NCBI GenBank assembly: GCA_963762145.1
Contig: CAVXJS010000021.1
Span: 1,162,671 to 1,226,670, forward strand
Direction of reading: 5' to 3'
Origin: an uncultured Candidatus Rokubacteria bacterium
Lineage (GTDB): Bacteria > Methylomirabilota > Methylomirabilia > Rokubacteriales > CSP1-6
DNA: 64,000 nt
A model generated the notes under the pieces. That model was not told where the DNA came from and did not search any database. It saw nothing but the letters and a program-made list of their open reading frames with translations. Of this stretch, positions 1 through 12,025 are shown in pieces (the stretch's first letter is position 1; every line of letters starts with the position of its first letter). The translations under genes were made by a program, and so were the position numbers.

Positions 1-1
1 T

Positions 2-211
2 CGCGGGCGATCCGCGCAGGCGTCGGTCCAGGTTCGGCCCTGGATCCAGGACTTCCGCGACTACGCCTTCGACCGCCGTTCGTTCGGGGTGCCGGAGATT
101 CGCGCCCAGATGAGAGGCGCCCTCGATGGGGGGGCGACCGGCTGGATGCTCTGGAATCCCGCCAATCGCTACACCGCGGAAGCGCTCGAGTCCAGCAACG
201 GCCGGGGCTAG
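2..211 (+). CDS. C-terminal part of putative glycoside hydrolase (DUF4015-like), truncated by window start
   Basis: Frame 2 reads VRPWIQDFRDYAFDRRSFGVPEIRAQMRGALDGGATGWMLWNPANRY...TAG at 209-211; RPWxQDF and GWxLWNP motifs. Confidence 0.65.
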   Translation, partial: RGRSAQASVQVRPWIQDFRDYAFDRRSFGVPEIRAQMRGALDGGATGWMLWNPANRYTAEALESSNGRG

Positions 212-230
212 CCCCGAGGCGGCTGCGCCC

Positions 231-620
231 CTACACACCCAGCTCGGCGCGCACCCGGACGTAGTGGAGAATCTGCTCCCGGCCGATCATGCCGACGAGC
301 TGGCCGCCGGCAAGCACCGGCACCTGCGCCACGTTGGCGTCGTCCATCCTCTTGAGCGCGGTGAGCAGATCCGCCGTCGGCTCCACCGTGGTCACCTTCT
401 CCGCCGGCGTCATGACCTCCCCCGCGGTGACCGCGGCCCAGCGATCCTGCGGGATGGCCTTGATCTCGTGCAGCGTGAGCAGGCCCGTCAGCCGCCCGCC
501 CTCTGTCACCGCGAAGCAGCGCCGCCCCGCGCCCAGCACGTCCTCGCGAACGATGCGCTCGAGGCTCGCGCCACGCTCGATGCGCCGGCAGTCCGATGTC
601 ATCGCCTGGGCCACTGTCAC
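231..620 (-). CDS. Tandem CBS-domain protein resembling the C-terminal part of an M50 site-2 protease-CBS protein (N-terminus missing)
   Basis: Two CBS repeats. The in-frame upstream linker HAAAHSHAEANLRELLRDVTVAQAM is like the M50-CBS junction; the RBS+ATG at ~681 is out of frame. Confidence 0.7.
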   Translation of the reverse strand: MTVAQAMTSDCRRIERGASLERIVREDVLGAGRRCFAVTEGGRLTGLLTLHEIKAIPQDRWAAVTAGEVMTPAEKVTTVEPTADLLTALKRMDDANVAQVPVLAGGQLVGMIGREQILHYVRVRAELGV

Positions 621-712
621 GTCACGCAGCAGCTCTCGGAGATTGGCCTCGGCGTGGCTGTGAGCGGCGGCGTGCGATCATGATGGCCTCCTGTGCTCCA
701 CACGACGCACGC

Positions 713-728
713 AGCAAGGACGGTGCCA
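713..728 (-). promoter_or_regulatory. sigma-54 -24/-12 promoter
   Basis: Minus strand TGGCACCGTCCTTGCT (GG-N10-GC). Confidence 0.8.
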
Positions 729-891
729 CGCGGGTGGCCGAGGTATCCCGCGCTCGTGATCCGGACTGAGCCTCGCCGGGCATGGGCGAGTGAGGCGACG
801 GCTCCCCGATGAGGCGGCGGAGTCCCGACATGGCCGGTGCCCTTGCGCTGGGGCACAGGTCCTGCTATCCGTCGGGGCCAGGAGAATCCTG

Positions 892-1915
892 GTGACACGC
901 AGGCCGGTGGTCCTGGTGACCGGCGCGGGGGGCGAGGTCGGGCACGGCCTCATCCATCAGCTCGCGGATCTGGCGGTCTATGACGTGCTGGCCCTCGACG
1001 TCCGGGCCGTGGACGAGGCGATCGCGCGGCGCTGCGCGGCGACCCGGATCGGGGACATCCTCGACCGCCACCTGCTGGACCGCCTGCGGAGCGAGTTCGA
1101 GATCTCGGTCGTCTTTCATCTGGCCGCGCTTCTCTCCACGCGGGCGGAGTTCGTGCCGGAAACAGCCCACGAGGTCAACGTGCAGGGCACGCTGAACCTC
1201 TTGCGTCTCGCCGTCGACGAGGCCCGCTCGCTCGACCATCCGGTCCGGTTCCTCTTCCCGAGCTCGATCGCGGTCTACGGGCTGCCGGACCTCCACACCA
1301 AGCGCACGGCCGGCAAGGTGGCCGAACCGTCCTGGCTTTCGCCGACCACGATGTACGGCTGCAACAAGCTCTACTGCGAGCACCTCGGGCGCTACTACGC
1401 GCGTCACTACCGGCAGCTGGCCGCGGGCGAGCCGAGCGGGGTCGATTTCCGGGCGGTCCGCCTCCCCGGGCTGATCTCCGCCTTCACGGAGCCGAGTGGC
1501 GGCACGAGCGACTACGCGCCGGAGATGATCCACACCGCCGCTCAGCGACGCCCCTACGCCTGCTTCGTCCGGGAGGACACGCGCATCCCGTTCATGGCCA
1601 TGCCCGACGCGGTCACCGCCCTGCTGGCGCTGCTCGAGGCGCCGGCCGGATCGCTGACCAGCCCGGTCTACAACGTCGCCGCCTTCAGCCCCAGCGCCGG
1701 CGAGCTGGCCGATCTCGTGCGCCGCGCGTTTCCCGGACGCCCGGATCTCCTTCGCGCCGGACCGGCGCCGGCAGGCCATCGTCGACTCGTGGCCCGAGGA
1801 CGTCGACGACGCGCCGGCCCGGCGCGACTGGGGCTTCCGGCCGGCCTACGATCTGACGCGCACGTTCGAGGAGTACCTCGTGCCGAACATCACGCGGCGG
1901 TACGCCCCGCGCTGA
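892..1915 (+). CDS. SDR-type L-threonine 3-dehydrogenase (NAD-dependent epimerase family), one frameshift near 1735
   Basis: GAGGEVG, YGCNK, GGTSDYA. C-terminus RQAIVDSWPEDVDDAPARRDWG lies in another frame and ends TGA 1913-1915; next to kbl. Confidence 0.8.
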
Positions 1916-1928
1916 CCGGAGATGGCTC

Positions 1929-3120
<1,192 letters not shown>

Positions 3121-3140
<20 letters not shown>

Positions 3141-3567
3141 GCACCGGGCAGGGCGCGGTCGCGATGGCGCGCGCGGCCACGCTGCCCAGGAAGAAGCGCG
3201 GAAACCCAGTGCGGCCGTGGGTGCCGACCACGAGGACGTCCGCGCGCTTCGCCCTGGCCGCCCGCACGATGACCTCGTACGGGCTTCCGGCCACGACCAG
3301 GCCCGCGGCGCGGACGCCCGCCCGCCTGGCCTTCGCCACCAGCGCTCCGACCTGCTTCTTCGCCGCCGCGTGCAGGGCCGCCTCGATCCCATCCCAGGTC
3401 GGCGGCGGGATGTACGGGCTGCCCAGGGGCGGAGTGGAGAGCATCACCGCGTGCATGACCAGGAGCCGTGCGCGATTGGCCTTGGCCAGCGCCACCGCGC
3501 GCGCGAACGCGGCGTCCGAGACCGACGAGCAATCGGACGCTATCATCACCGTTCGGATCTTCGCCAT
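3121..3567 (-). CDS. Universal stress protein
   Basis: [14 protein letters not shown]... [19 protein letters not shown]; RBS AGGAGG. Confidence 0.9.
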
Positions 3568-3606
3568 GTTCGGACCTCCTCTGCCCAACCGAGCCCCAGG
3601 CCCCGC

Positions 3607-4125
3607 ATGATCCCCCTCGCTCCGCTTCTCTTCCGGCTGGTCCAGCTCCTCTACTTCATGGCGCCGGCCTATGCCGCCAACATGGCTCCCCCGTTCGTCC
3701 GGTACTGGAGCGGGTGGAACCCGCCGATCAGTCGACGGTGGCTCGGCTCGCACAAGACCGTCGTGGGCTTCGCGGCCGGTGTCCTCGCGGCGACGGCGGC
3801 GACGTTCGTCCAGTCCCGCCTCGCCTGGGAGGGCGCGCTCGCGGCTCCCGAGCCCTGGCTGACGCTCGGGCTCCGCTTTGGCTTGGGCGCCATGGCGGGC
3901 GACACCGCGAAGAGCTTTCTCAAGCGTCGCGCCGGAATCGCCGCGGGCCATCCCTGGATCCCCTGGGACCAGATCGACTTCGTGCTGGGCGCGCTCGCGC
4001 TGGTCTGGGGTGCGGCGGCGCTGTCATGGGTCGACGTGGCGACCATCCTGGTGCTGAGCGTGATCGGACACGTCCTCGTCAACCACCTCGCCTACTGGCT
4101 CGGGATCCGCAATGCGAAGTGGTAA
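3607..4125 (+). CDS. CDP-archaeol synthase (CarS)-like membrane cytidylyltransferase
   Basis: PAYAANMAP, LGSHKT, GAMAGDTAKSFLKRR, DQIDF motifs. Confidence 0.8.
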   Translation: MIPLAPLLFRLVQLLYFMAPAYAANMAPPFVRYWSGWNPPISRRWLGSHKTVVGFAAGVLAATAATFVQSRLAWEGALAAPEPWLTLGLRFGLGAMAGDTAKSFLKRRAGIAAGHPWIPWDQIDFVLGALALVWGAAALSWVDVATILVLSVIGHVLVNHLAYWLGIRNAKW

Positions 4126-4357
4126 CCGCGCCCGAATCCAATCTCCGGCTTGAAGTGCCTGCAGCGACACCCGGCCGCCCGACATTCGCCCGTTTGGTCG
4201 TGTTCCCGGTCGGAATGTCCACAGATGCACATGTCCATGCTCGTCCCCCCAGCGCCATGACCGGGTCAACCGGACGTGGGCCGCCTCCGGATGCACCGGC
4301 AGACGGCGGCGGCCCACGTGACCCGCAATGTGGATCTCCTTCGCGCCACCTACTCTC

Positions 4358-5032
4358 TCAGACCGGCTCGGTTCGCAGATGATCCTCGACAGCGCGAACA
4401 CCGGGCGTGAAACGGGCGGCCGCCAGCACCGATTTGCGCTCCGCCCATGAATGGACCGGGCCCGTCAGCGTGACGGTGCCGTCCCGGACGTCGACGCCGA
4501 TGTGCCGGGCCTCGCGCTCGGCGCGCCGCTCCAGGGCCTGCTCGATCGCCTTGCGGACGTCCCCGACCACCGGTTTCGCAGGCGTGACGGTGATGTTGTT
4601 CACGACCATCTTCACCCCCATCAAATTGCGGACGGCCCGCGCCGCATCCTCGCGCTGACTCGAGCGCTCGACCTGACCTGCCAGCGTGACCCAGCCGTCC
4701 GTCACCGTGGATGTGATCTTCTCGTTGGGGACAAACACGTCCCATTCGATTGCTCGTCGCACCGCCTGAGCGATCTCGGTGTCGGTCCGGCCGAGAGTGC
4801 CCGGCACCTTCACCTGGATGTCGTTCGCCACGTCGAGAACGCCCATCACGCGACGGGCCGCCTCCTGAGCCGCCACGCGCTTGGCCCAGCCCGTCACGGT
4901 GCCGGTCAGCGTGACGACGCCGCCGGCTACTTGAACCCCGACCTCCGTCTCGTCGACGCGAGAATCCCACTTGAGCTCCTCGAGCACGTCATGATGGATC
5001 TGCGTGTCACTCTTCCTGATCGTCTGGGACAT
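4358..5032 (-). CDS. Triple BON-domain protein (OsmY-like)
   Basis: Three repeats with GxVTLTGxV motif. Confidence 0.9.
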   Translation of the reverse strand: MSQTIRKSDTQIHHDVLEELKWDSRVDETEVGVQVAGGVVTLTGTVTGWAKRVAAQEAARRVMGVLDVANDIQVKVPGTLGRTDTEIAQAVRRAIEWDVFVPNEKITSTVTDGWVTLAGQVERSSQREDAARAVRNLMGVKMVVNNITVTPAKPVVGDVRKAIEQALERRAEREARHIGVDVRDGTVTLTGPVHSWAERKSVLAAARFTPGVRAVEDHLRTEPV

Positions 5033-5147
5033 GGCTGTCTCCTTCCCCTTTGTTGGAGCGCAGCGCTCACTGCGCCGCGCCCTCCGCTACAACTGCATGC
5101 CTAGCGCAAGGGACCTGCTTGTACTGCAAGCCTGCTCTCCCTCGGTC

Positions 5148-5588
5148 CTACTCGCCCTTGATCGGGATCGTCGTGCCCTTGGCGGCCGGCGTCTTCGGCA
5201 GCGTCACCGTCAACAGCCCATTCTTGAACGCGGCCGAGACCTTGTTTGCGTCCACCCCGACCGGCAGCCGCGCGCTCCGGGTGAACGCCCCGTAGGACCG
5301 CTCGATGCGGTGATACCGCTCATCCTTCTGTTCCTTCTCCTGCTTCTTCTCGCCCTTGATCGTCAGCAGGTTCTCCTGCAGCGAGACCTCGATGTCCTTC
5401 TGGTCCATCCCGGGTACCTCCACCTTCACGACCACGCTGTCCTTCGTCTCCGAGATGTCCATGCTCGGAGCCCAGTCTCCGACCACCGGGAACTCGTCCC
5501 ACTTGAGCTCCTCGAGGCGATCGAACCAGCGGTCCAGCTCGCTCTTCAGGCCTGCCATCCCCGTCCACGGCATCAGTCCCCGCGTCAT
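5148..5588 (-). CDS. Hsp20/alpha-crystallin small heat-shock protein
   Basis: PSMDISET, ERSYGAFTRS, AAFKNGLLTVTLPK. Confidence 0.92.
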   Translation of the reverse strand: MTRGLMPWTGMAGLKSELDRWFDRLEELKWDEFPVVGDWAPSMDISETKDSVVVKVEVPGMDQKDIEVSLQENLLTIKGEKKQEKEQKDERYHRIERSYGAFTRSARLPVGVDANKVSAAFKNGLLTVTLPKTPAAKGTTIPIKGE

Positions 5589-5645
5589 GACCATCCTCCT
5601 TCTGGTGAAAGTGTTTCGATGAACATCGTCGCCGCCGCTGAGTAG

Positions 5646-5661
5646 TGCATCACCGATGCCA
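5646..5661 (-). promoter_or_regulatory. sigma-54 promoter for hsp20-BON
   Basis: TGGCATCGGTGATGCA (GG-N10-GC). Confidence 0.7.
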
Positions 5662-5922
5662 GTCAGATCATCCAGTGATTCAAGACGTTGCGATCGGCGG
5701 GTGGATAACGGCCGGGGCGCCCGCGCCCGCATGTGGCCGCAACGCCCCAGGGGCGATTGTCCGCAGCGTCGCGGACGGCCACGTCGGGACCCACGGTGAC
5801 AACAGCCCAGCGAAGACCGGCAGCGTGCGCGCCACCTGGCCCGGCTCCTCCCGAAGGCACCTTTCCAGAATCACCAGCTGGAGATCATGCTCGGTGAGCA
5901 TCCCGATGAGCCGCCGCCCGGC

Positions 5923-6006
5923 GTACTGGTTGTGTCTCTCAACATCGCCGATACCGGAGAGGGCATACAGCCCGAGGCGCTCAAGAGAATCTGGGAGCCG
6001 TTCCCC
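5923..6006 (+). pseudogene. Remnant of histidine kinase HATPase domain
   Basis: VVSLNIADTGEGIQPEALKRIWEPF matches the G1/F boxes; no flanking kinase sequence. Confidence 0.5.
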
Positions 6007-6067
6007 TCAGCGACGAACCCCGCTGACCTCCAAACAACCGCCGAACCGGACGAAACCGCGCGTCATC

Positions 6068-6616
6068 TCACTGCCGGCTCTTGCCCCGGACCTGTCGCAG
6101 CAGCTTCTCCAGCCACCCGGCCTCGTCCGAGGCGACCGTCGACCGGTATGCAGGCGGCGGCGGCTCCGGATCCGGGGTGGCCTGGTGCCCAGTAGTCTGA
6201 ACGATGTGGATCCGATAGAAGACCGGCACCAGAGGGCGCGTGCCGCCGCCGAGTATCGTCTTCACGTACGCGGGCTCCCACCACATGCCGCTCTGCTTCA
6301 GCAGTGTGTGGGCGAATAGGCGCGCGCTCTGCCATTGCGGCGTATCGGGCAGCTCCTCGTAGCGACCAAAGGCGATGACGCTCGCCCACTGCTGGGGGCT
6401 CACGACCTCGTCCACCTCGATACAGACCAAGGGGTTGGCGCGCATCCACTCGATTTTCTTGCCGAGCGTGGCAAAGCCATAGAGCGACCGATCCGCGTAC
6501 GCGAGATAGACGGGCACCACGTAGGGCTGGCCCCCCTGACTGCACGCCAGCCTGCCCAGCCGCGTGCGGGCCAGCAGGTCCAGGCTCGCCTGGCCGCTCA
6601 GCTCCTGGATCAACAT
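6068..6616 (-). CDS. Pyridoxamine 5'-phosphate oxidase-like flavin-binding protein (NimA family)
   Basis: LGRLACS..PYVVP, GKKIEWMRANPLVC, WASVIAFGRYEEL. Confidence 0.85.
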   Translation of the reverse strand: MLIQELSGQASLDLLARTRLGRLACSQGGQPYVVPVYLAYADRSLYGFATLGKKIEWMRANPLVCIEVDEVVSPQQWASVIAFGRYEELPDTPQWQSARLFAHTLLKQSGMWWEPAYVKTILGGGTRPLVPVFYRIHIVQTTGHQATPDPEPPPPAYRSTVASDEAGWLEKLLRQVRGKSRQ

Positions 6617-6739
6617 GATGTGGGCAACACGGAGCGCTACCGGATGCGTATGTCTCGCACGGAGCCGAGGATTCCGAACACCGGCGAGAGCCAGAGGACG
6701 ACGCCGATCCGGCTCATGTCCGCTCCTCACTCGGGGCGG

Positions 6740-6967
6740 TCACGCCGAGGACCTCCGAGAACCGATGAAGACCATTACCACACCCCCGGCAAGCGCCAGC
6801 GCGCCGACGACCGGGGGCAGCGGAATGCTCTTCTTCTTCTCGACCGAGGCCTGGAGCGGCCCCAGGTCGATGACCTTCTCCCGCGTCGTGTACGTGATGC
6901 CCTGATAGGCCAGGGCCAGCACGCCGAGAACGATCAGGGCGATACCGACGAGCGTCACCGGCTTCAT
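6740..6967 (-). CDS. Small 2-TM membrane protein (DUF3185-like)
   Basis: MKPVTLVGIALIVLGVLALAYQGITYTTREKVIDLGPLQAS...; ATGA overlap with upstream gene. Confidence 0.7.
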   Translation of the reverse strand: MKPVTLVGIALIVLGVLALAYQGITYTTREKVIDLGPLQASVEKKKSIPLPPVVGALALAGGVVMVFIGSRRSSA

Positions 6968-7257
6968 GCGTCCCTCCTCGCGGGCGCCGGCCGAATCGCC
7001 TCCTGCCCGGCCTGGAGCGCGTCGCTCACGTGCGCCTTCGTGTCCTGTAGGAAGTCCTCGGCTCGACGCAGGGCCTCGCCGCCGCGGTCCAGCACCTGCC
7101 CGGCGGTCTCCTCGATCGTCCGGACTCCCTCCGCGACCGTCGTGCGCACCCCGCGCGTCTTCTCCTCTACGTACGCCTCCATCTCCCGTCCCCACAGCCA
7201 CACGACGGCGCCCCCCACGATCGCTCCCAGCAGAAAGACCCGGCTGCTTCGCATCAC
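6964..7257 (-). CDS. YtxH-like general stress protein
   Basis: N-terminal FLLGAIVGGAVVWLW followed by a coiled coil. Confidence 0.65.
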   Translation of the reverse strand: MMRSSRVFLLGAIVGGAVVWLWGREMEAYVEEKTRGVRTTVAEGVRTIEETAGQVLDRGGEALRRAEDFLQDTKAHVSDALQAGQEAIRPAPARRDA

Positions 7258-7267
7258 ACACCTCCCG

Positions 7268-7578
7268 TCACTTCATCCGCATATCGTTCTTGACGGACTT
7301 CACGCCGGCCACCCCACACGCGAGCTTCATCGCCTGGTCTATATCCGCCTGAGATCGCACGAAGCCGCTCAGTTGCACCACGCCCTTGAACGTCTCGACG
7401 TTGATCTCGTTGACCTTGAGGCTGGCGTCGTTGAAGATCGCCGACTTCACCTTCGCCGTGATCACGGAGTCATCGACGTACTCTCCGGTCCCCTCTTTCG
7501 TCGCGGTGGATCCGCACCCCACGCCGTCGCCACGACGATGGTGAGAACCACGACCCCGAACCTCCTCAGTGCTCCCAT
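7268..7578 (-). CDS. BON-domain lipoprotein (OsmY-like), frameshift in signal peptide near 7522
   Basis: MGALRRFGVVVLTIVVAT... then GC lipobox and GEYVDDSVITAKVK, VETFKGVVQLSGFV. Confidence 0.85.
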
Positions 7579-7650
7579 GGCCAGAATCTCCTTCCGCCTG
7601 GCCGATCGTGAGCGTCACTCGGGCCGTTAACTCCGCCTGAAGCCGTCCAA

Positions 7651-7666
7651 AGCAAGCGAGGTGCCA
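7651..7666 (-). promoter_or_regulatory. sigma-54 promoter for BON-YtxH-DUF3185 operon
   Basis: TGGCACCTCGCTTGCT. Confidence 0.85.
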
Positions 7667-7961
7667 AACTCATACCGCAGAGGATTCGATATGTTGGCGC
7701 GCGGAACACGCCGCCACAGGTGGGTCAGGATCGCGACGCTGCGGCGGGGATGCCCCACACCGACCGCGCCGCCTCAGACGCTGTTGCTGATCGCCAGCGC
7801 CCGTCGGGATTCTTCGGGCCGATCAAGTAAACCTTCACGCTGTCCTCCCGCCGCGGTCCATCGCGGCCGTCACATCATGCCGAAATGCCGCAGCGCCTCT
7901 TCGATTGCTTCTCGCTTCTCGGGCGGGCACGGCTCGACGTCACGATCACGACGGGCCCGGT

Positions 7962-8465
7962 CTGCTCACCGGTGTGCTGTCGTGGCGCGACGTCGTCGGC
8001 TACACCGACGCCTGGAGGGTGCTCGTGTGGTTCGCCACCCTCGTTACGCTGGCCGACGGGCTCCACCGGGTGGGATTCCTGACCTGGTTCGCCGGTCGGA
8101 TGGCCGCCGATCTCTCATCGGTGCCGCCCACCATCCGGCTGGCACTGTTCGTCGCGGTGTTCTTCATCGCCCACTACATGTTCGCGAGCTTGACCGCCCA
8201 CGCGACCCCGCTGCTACCGGTCCTCCTGGCCGCGGGCGCGGCCATGCCCGACCTGCCGGCCCGGCCCCTCGCCCTGCTGCTCGCCTATGCCATCGGCCTC
8301 ATGGGGGTGCTGACGCCTTATGCCACCGGGCCAGCGCCGATCTATTTCGCGAGCGGCTATGTCAGCCGGCCGGCGTTCTGGGCCCTCGGCGGAATCTTCG
8401 GCGCCTTCTTCCTGCTGACGTTGCTCGCGCCCGGTGTGCCCTGGCTGCTCTCCGGCATCCCGTAG
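7962..8465 (+). pseudogene. C-terminal fragment of DASS-family (CitT/TtdT-like) anion transporter
   Basis: LLTGVLSWRDV, WFATLVTLA, YMFASLTAH, LTPYATGPAPIYFASGY; the N-terminal majority is absent. Confidence 0.75.
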
Positions 8466-9295
8466 GCGGCCAGACACTCGCTCTCACGACCGCGGACCAC
8501 ACGCCGTCCGGCCAGCCGACCCGACGGCTCCGTCACCATCGTGCGCTGTCCCTCCGATTGGGTATCGGTGTGGAAGTAGACGACGACCCAGTCGCGCGTT
8601 TTTCCGAGCTCGTGCGCCCGGGCGGTATTGGAGAACAGCACCGTGAACTGCCAGTGATCGCGCTCGGCGTGGAGGACCGGCAGCCAGGCGTGACCCTCCG
8701 GGTTGAAGCGGCGCGGCGCGATCCGGGGGAGGCGGCCCGCCTCGGCCGCGGCGCGGTACTGTCGGTCCACGTCCAGCAGCATCGCCACCGGAGGCTCCTC
8801 GGCCGGCTCGCGGAGTCGTAGCCGGGTGCGCCCCAGCATGGCGCCGAGTGCGGCGCGAAGTCCCGCGGCGCGGCGCGGGCCCATCCCGGGCACCGTGGCC
8901 AGGCGCCCGTCGTGGCCAGCGACCTCGAGGGCCTCCAGCGTGTCCACGTGCAACGTGTCGTGAATCCGTCGCGCGAGCGCGGGCCCCACGCCGGGAATGG
9001 CCCGGAAGAGCCGCTCGGCGTCCAGGCTCCCCCGGAGCCGGTCGAGCTGGCTCCAGCGGCCCGTCCGGAGCATCTCGGCGATCGCGGCGGCGATCCGCGG
9101 CCCGATCCCCGGCAGCGCGTCGAGACCCGCAACGCCGTCGCGCTCGTGGATCAGGGTAAGCTCCTGCCCGAGGCCCGAGACCGTCTGGGCGGCCTCGCGG
9201 TAGGCGCGAACCCGAAACGGGTTCGCGGCCTGCTTCTCGAGAAGATCGGCGGCCTCGCGGAGCCGGTCCGCGATGATCTGATTCGTCGCGCTCAC
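8357..9295 (-). CDS. Helix-hairpin-helix DNA-binding protein (PolX N-terminal-like, no polymerase core)
   Basis: NQIIADRLREAADLLE..ANPFRVRAYR; three HhH motifs (LPGIGP, IPGVGP, VPGMGP). Confidence 0.8.
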   Translation of the reverse strand: MSATNQIIADRLREAADLLEKQAANPFRVRAYREAAQTVSGLGQELTLIHERDGVAGLDALPGIGPRIAAAIAEMLRTGRWSQLDRLRGSLDAERLFRAIPGVGPALARRIHDTLHVDTLEALEVAGHDGRLATVPGMGPRRAAGLRAALGAMLGRTRLRLREPAEEPPVAMLLDVDRQYRAAAEAGRLPRIAPRRFNPEGHAWLPVLHAERDHWQFTVLFSNTARAHELGKTRDWVVVYFHTDTQSEGQRTMVTEPSGRLAGRRVVRGRESECLAAYGMPESSQGTPGASNVSRKKAPKIPPRAQNAGRLT

Positions 9296-9945
9296 GGCGC
9301 CGCGGGCGCGCCGCGGCCGGCATCCCGCACGACGTAGCCCCGGGCCACGAGCGCCGTTACCGCCGGCCCCGGATTGATGGTCGCGAGGCGCAGTGCGACT
9401 TCCCGCTCGCCGTTCGGCAGCTCGAGCGTCATCACGCTGCAGATCCGGCCGCCGGCCTCCTCGGCCGTGCGCACTATCTCCCCAACCCCGGCCGCCGGGT
9501 CGCGCACGATCACGTCCACGCGGCTCGACGGCTCGAGTACGCCCAAAGCCCGCACGAAGAGCTGGAGCACGTCAGTCTCCGTCACGATGCCGACGAGCCG
9601 GTCTCCCTCGGTGACCGGGAGTGCGCTGATCCTCCGCGTCGCCATCAGGCGCGCGGCTTCCTCAACGCCGGACATCGGCCCGATCGTGACCACCGTGCGC
9701 ACCATGATCTGCCCCGCGGTGAGCTCGTCGAGAAGCCGATCGCGCTCACGCCCATCGGGCGTCGAGGCCGCCGAGGCCATGGACTGCTTGAGATCGCGAT
9801 CGGAGACGATGCCCACGAGCTTGCCCCCGTCCAGGACCGGCAGATGACGGAAGCCGCGGCGCTGCAGCAACCGCACCAGGTTCGGAAGGCGCGTCTCGAG
9901 GGTGGCGGTCACCGGGTGCTCCTGCATGACGTCCTTGACGAGCAT
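9292..9945 (-). CDS. CBS + ACT domain protein (AcuB-like)
   Basis: RHLPV..GIVSDRDLK, GIVTETDVL, C-terminal ACT-like region. Confidence 0.85.
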   Translation of the reverse strand: MLVKDVMQEHPVTATLETRLPNLVRLLQRRGFRHLPVLDGGKLVGIVSDRDLKQSMASAASTPDGRERDRLLDELTAGQIMVRTVVTIGPMSGVEEAARLMATRRISALPVTEGDRLVGIVTETDVLQLFVRALGVLEPSSRVDVIVRDPAAGVGEIVRTAEEAGGRICSVMTLELPNGEREVALRLATINPGPAVTALVARGYVVRDAGRGAPAAP

Positions 9946-9948
9946 GGC

Positions 9949-11574
<1,626 letters not shown>

Positions 11575-11590
11575 GTTTTCTCTCCCTCGC

Positions 11591-11986
11591 CTATTCGGGC
11601 CGGGACCGCTTCGGTCGACGCGCGCCCGCGCCGGCTAGCGCCCGCGCCGCGAAGTACTTCTTGGGGTGCCGCTTGCTGTCGCGGTCTTTCTCGCGGTAGC
11701 GCTCGAGCTGGCGCTCGAGCACGGCGAAGGCCGCGTCGAAGGCGAGCCGGGGAGTCACGTCGCTCCGCTCCACGCGGACGCTCGGGCGGAAGGGCACCCG
11801 GACCGTCAGCGCGCAGCGCATGGCTCGGCCACCCTTTGGGCCGTTGTCGTCGAAGAACGAGGCCTCTCCCTTGACAGGAGCCACCGCCAGCTTCTGCAGG
11901 GCCTCGGTCATGAGTCTGTTGACACGGCTGCTCAGTGGACTCCGCTGCAGTCCAGCGATCCTGATTGCTTTCACGTTGGTCGTCAT
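11591..11986 (-). CDS. HPF/RaiA-like ribosome-associated protein
   Basis: [28 protein letters not shown]. Confidence 0.65.
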   Translation of the reverse strand: MTTNVKAIRIAGLQRSPLSSRVNRLMTEALQKLAVAPVKGEASFFDDNGPKGGRAMRCALTVRVPFRPSVRVERSDVTPRLAFDAAFAVLERQLERYREKDRDSKRHPKKYFAARALAGAGARRPKRSRPE

Positions 11987-11999
11987 GTCAGCTATCAGC

Positions 12000-12015
12000 A
12001 GCAACGGCGATGCCA
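12000..12015 (-). promoter_or_regulatory. sigma-54 promoter for hpf-groEL-acuB-HhH operon
   Basis: TGGCATCGCCGTTGCT. Confidence 0.8.
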
Positions 12016-12025
12016 ATCGGTGCGG

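Noticed and set aside
5093-5109. Possible sigma-54 promoter for the triple-BON gene (TTGCGCTAGGCATGCA)
   Set aside because: Lacks the invariant -24 GG
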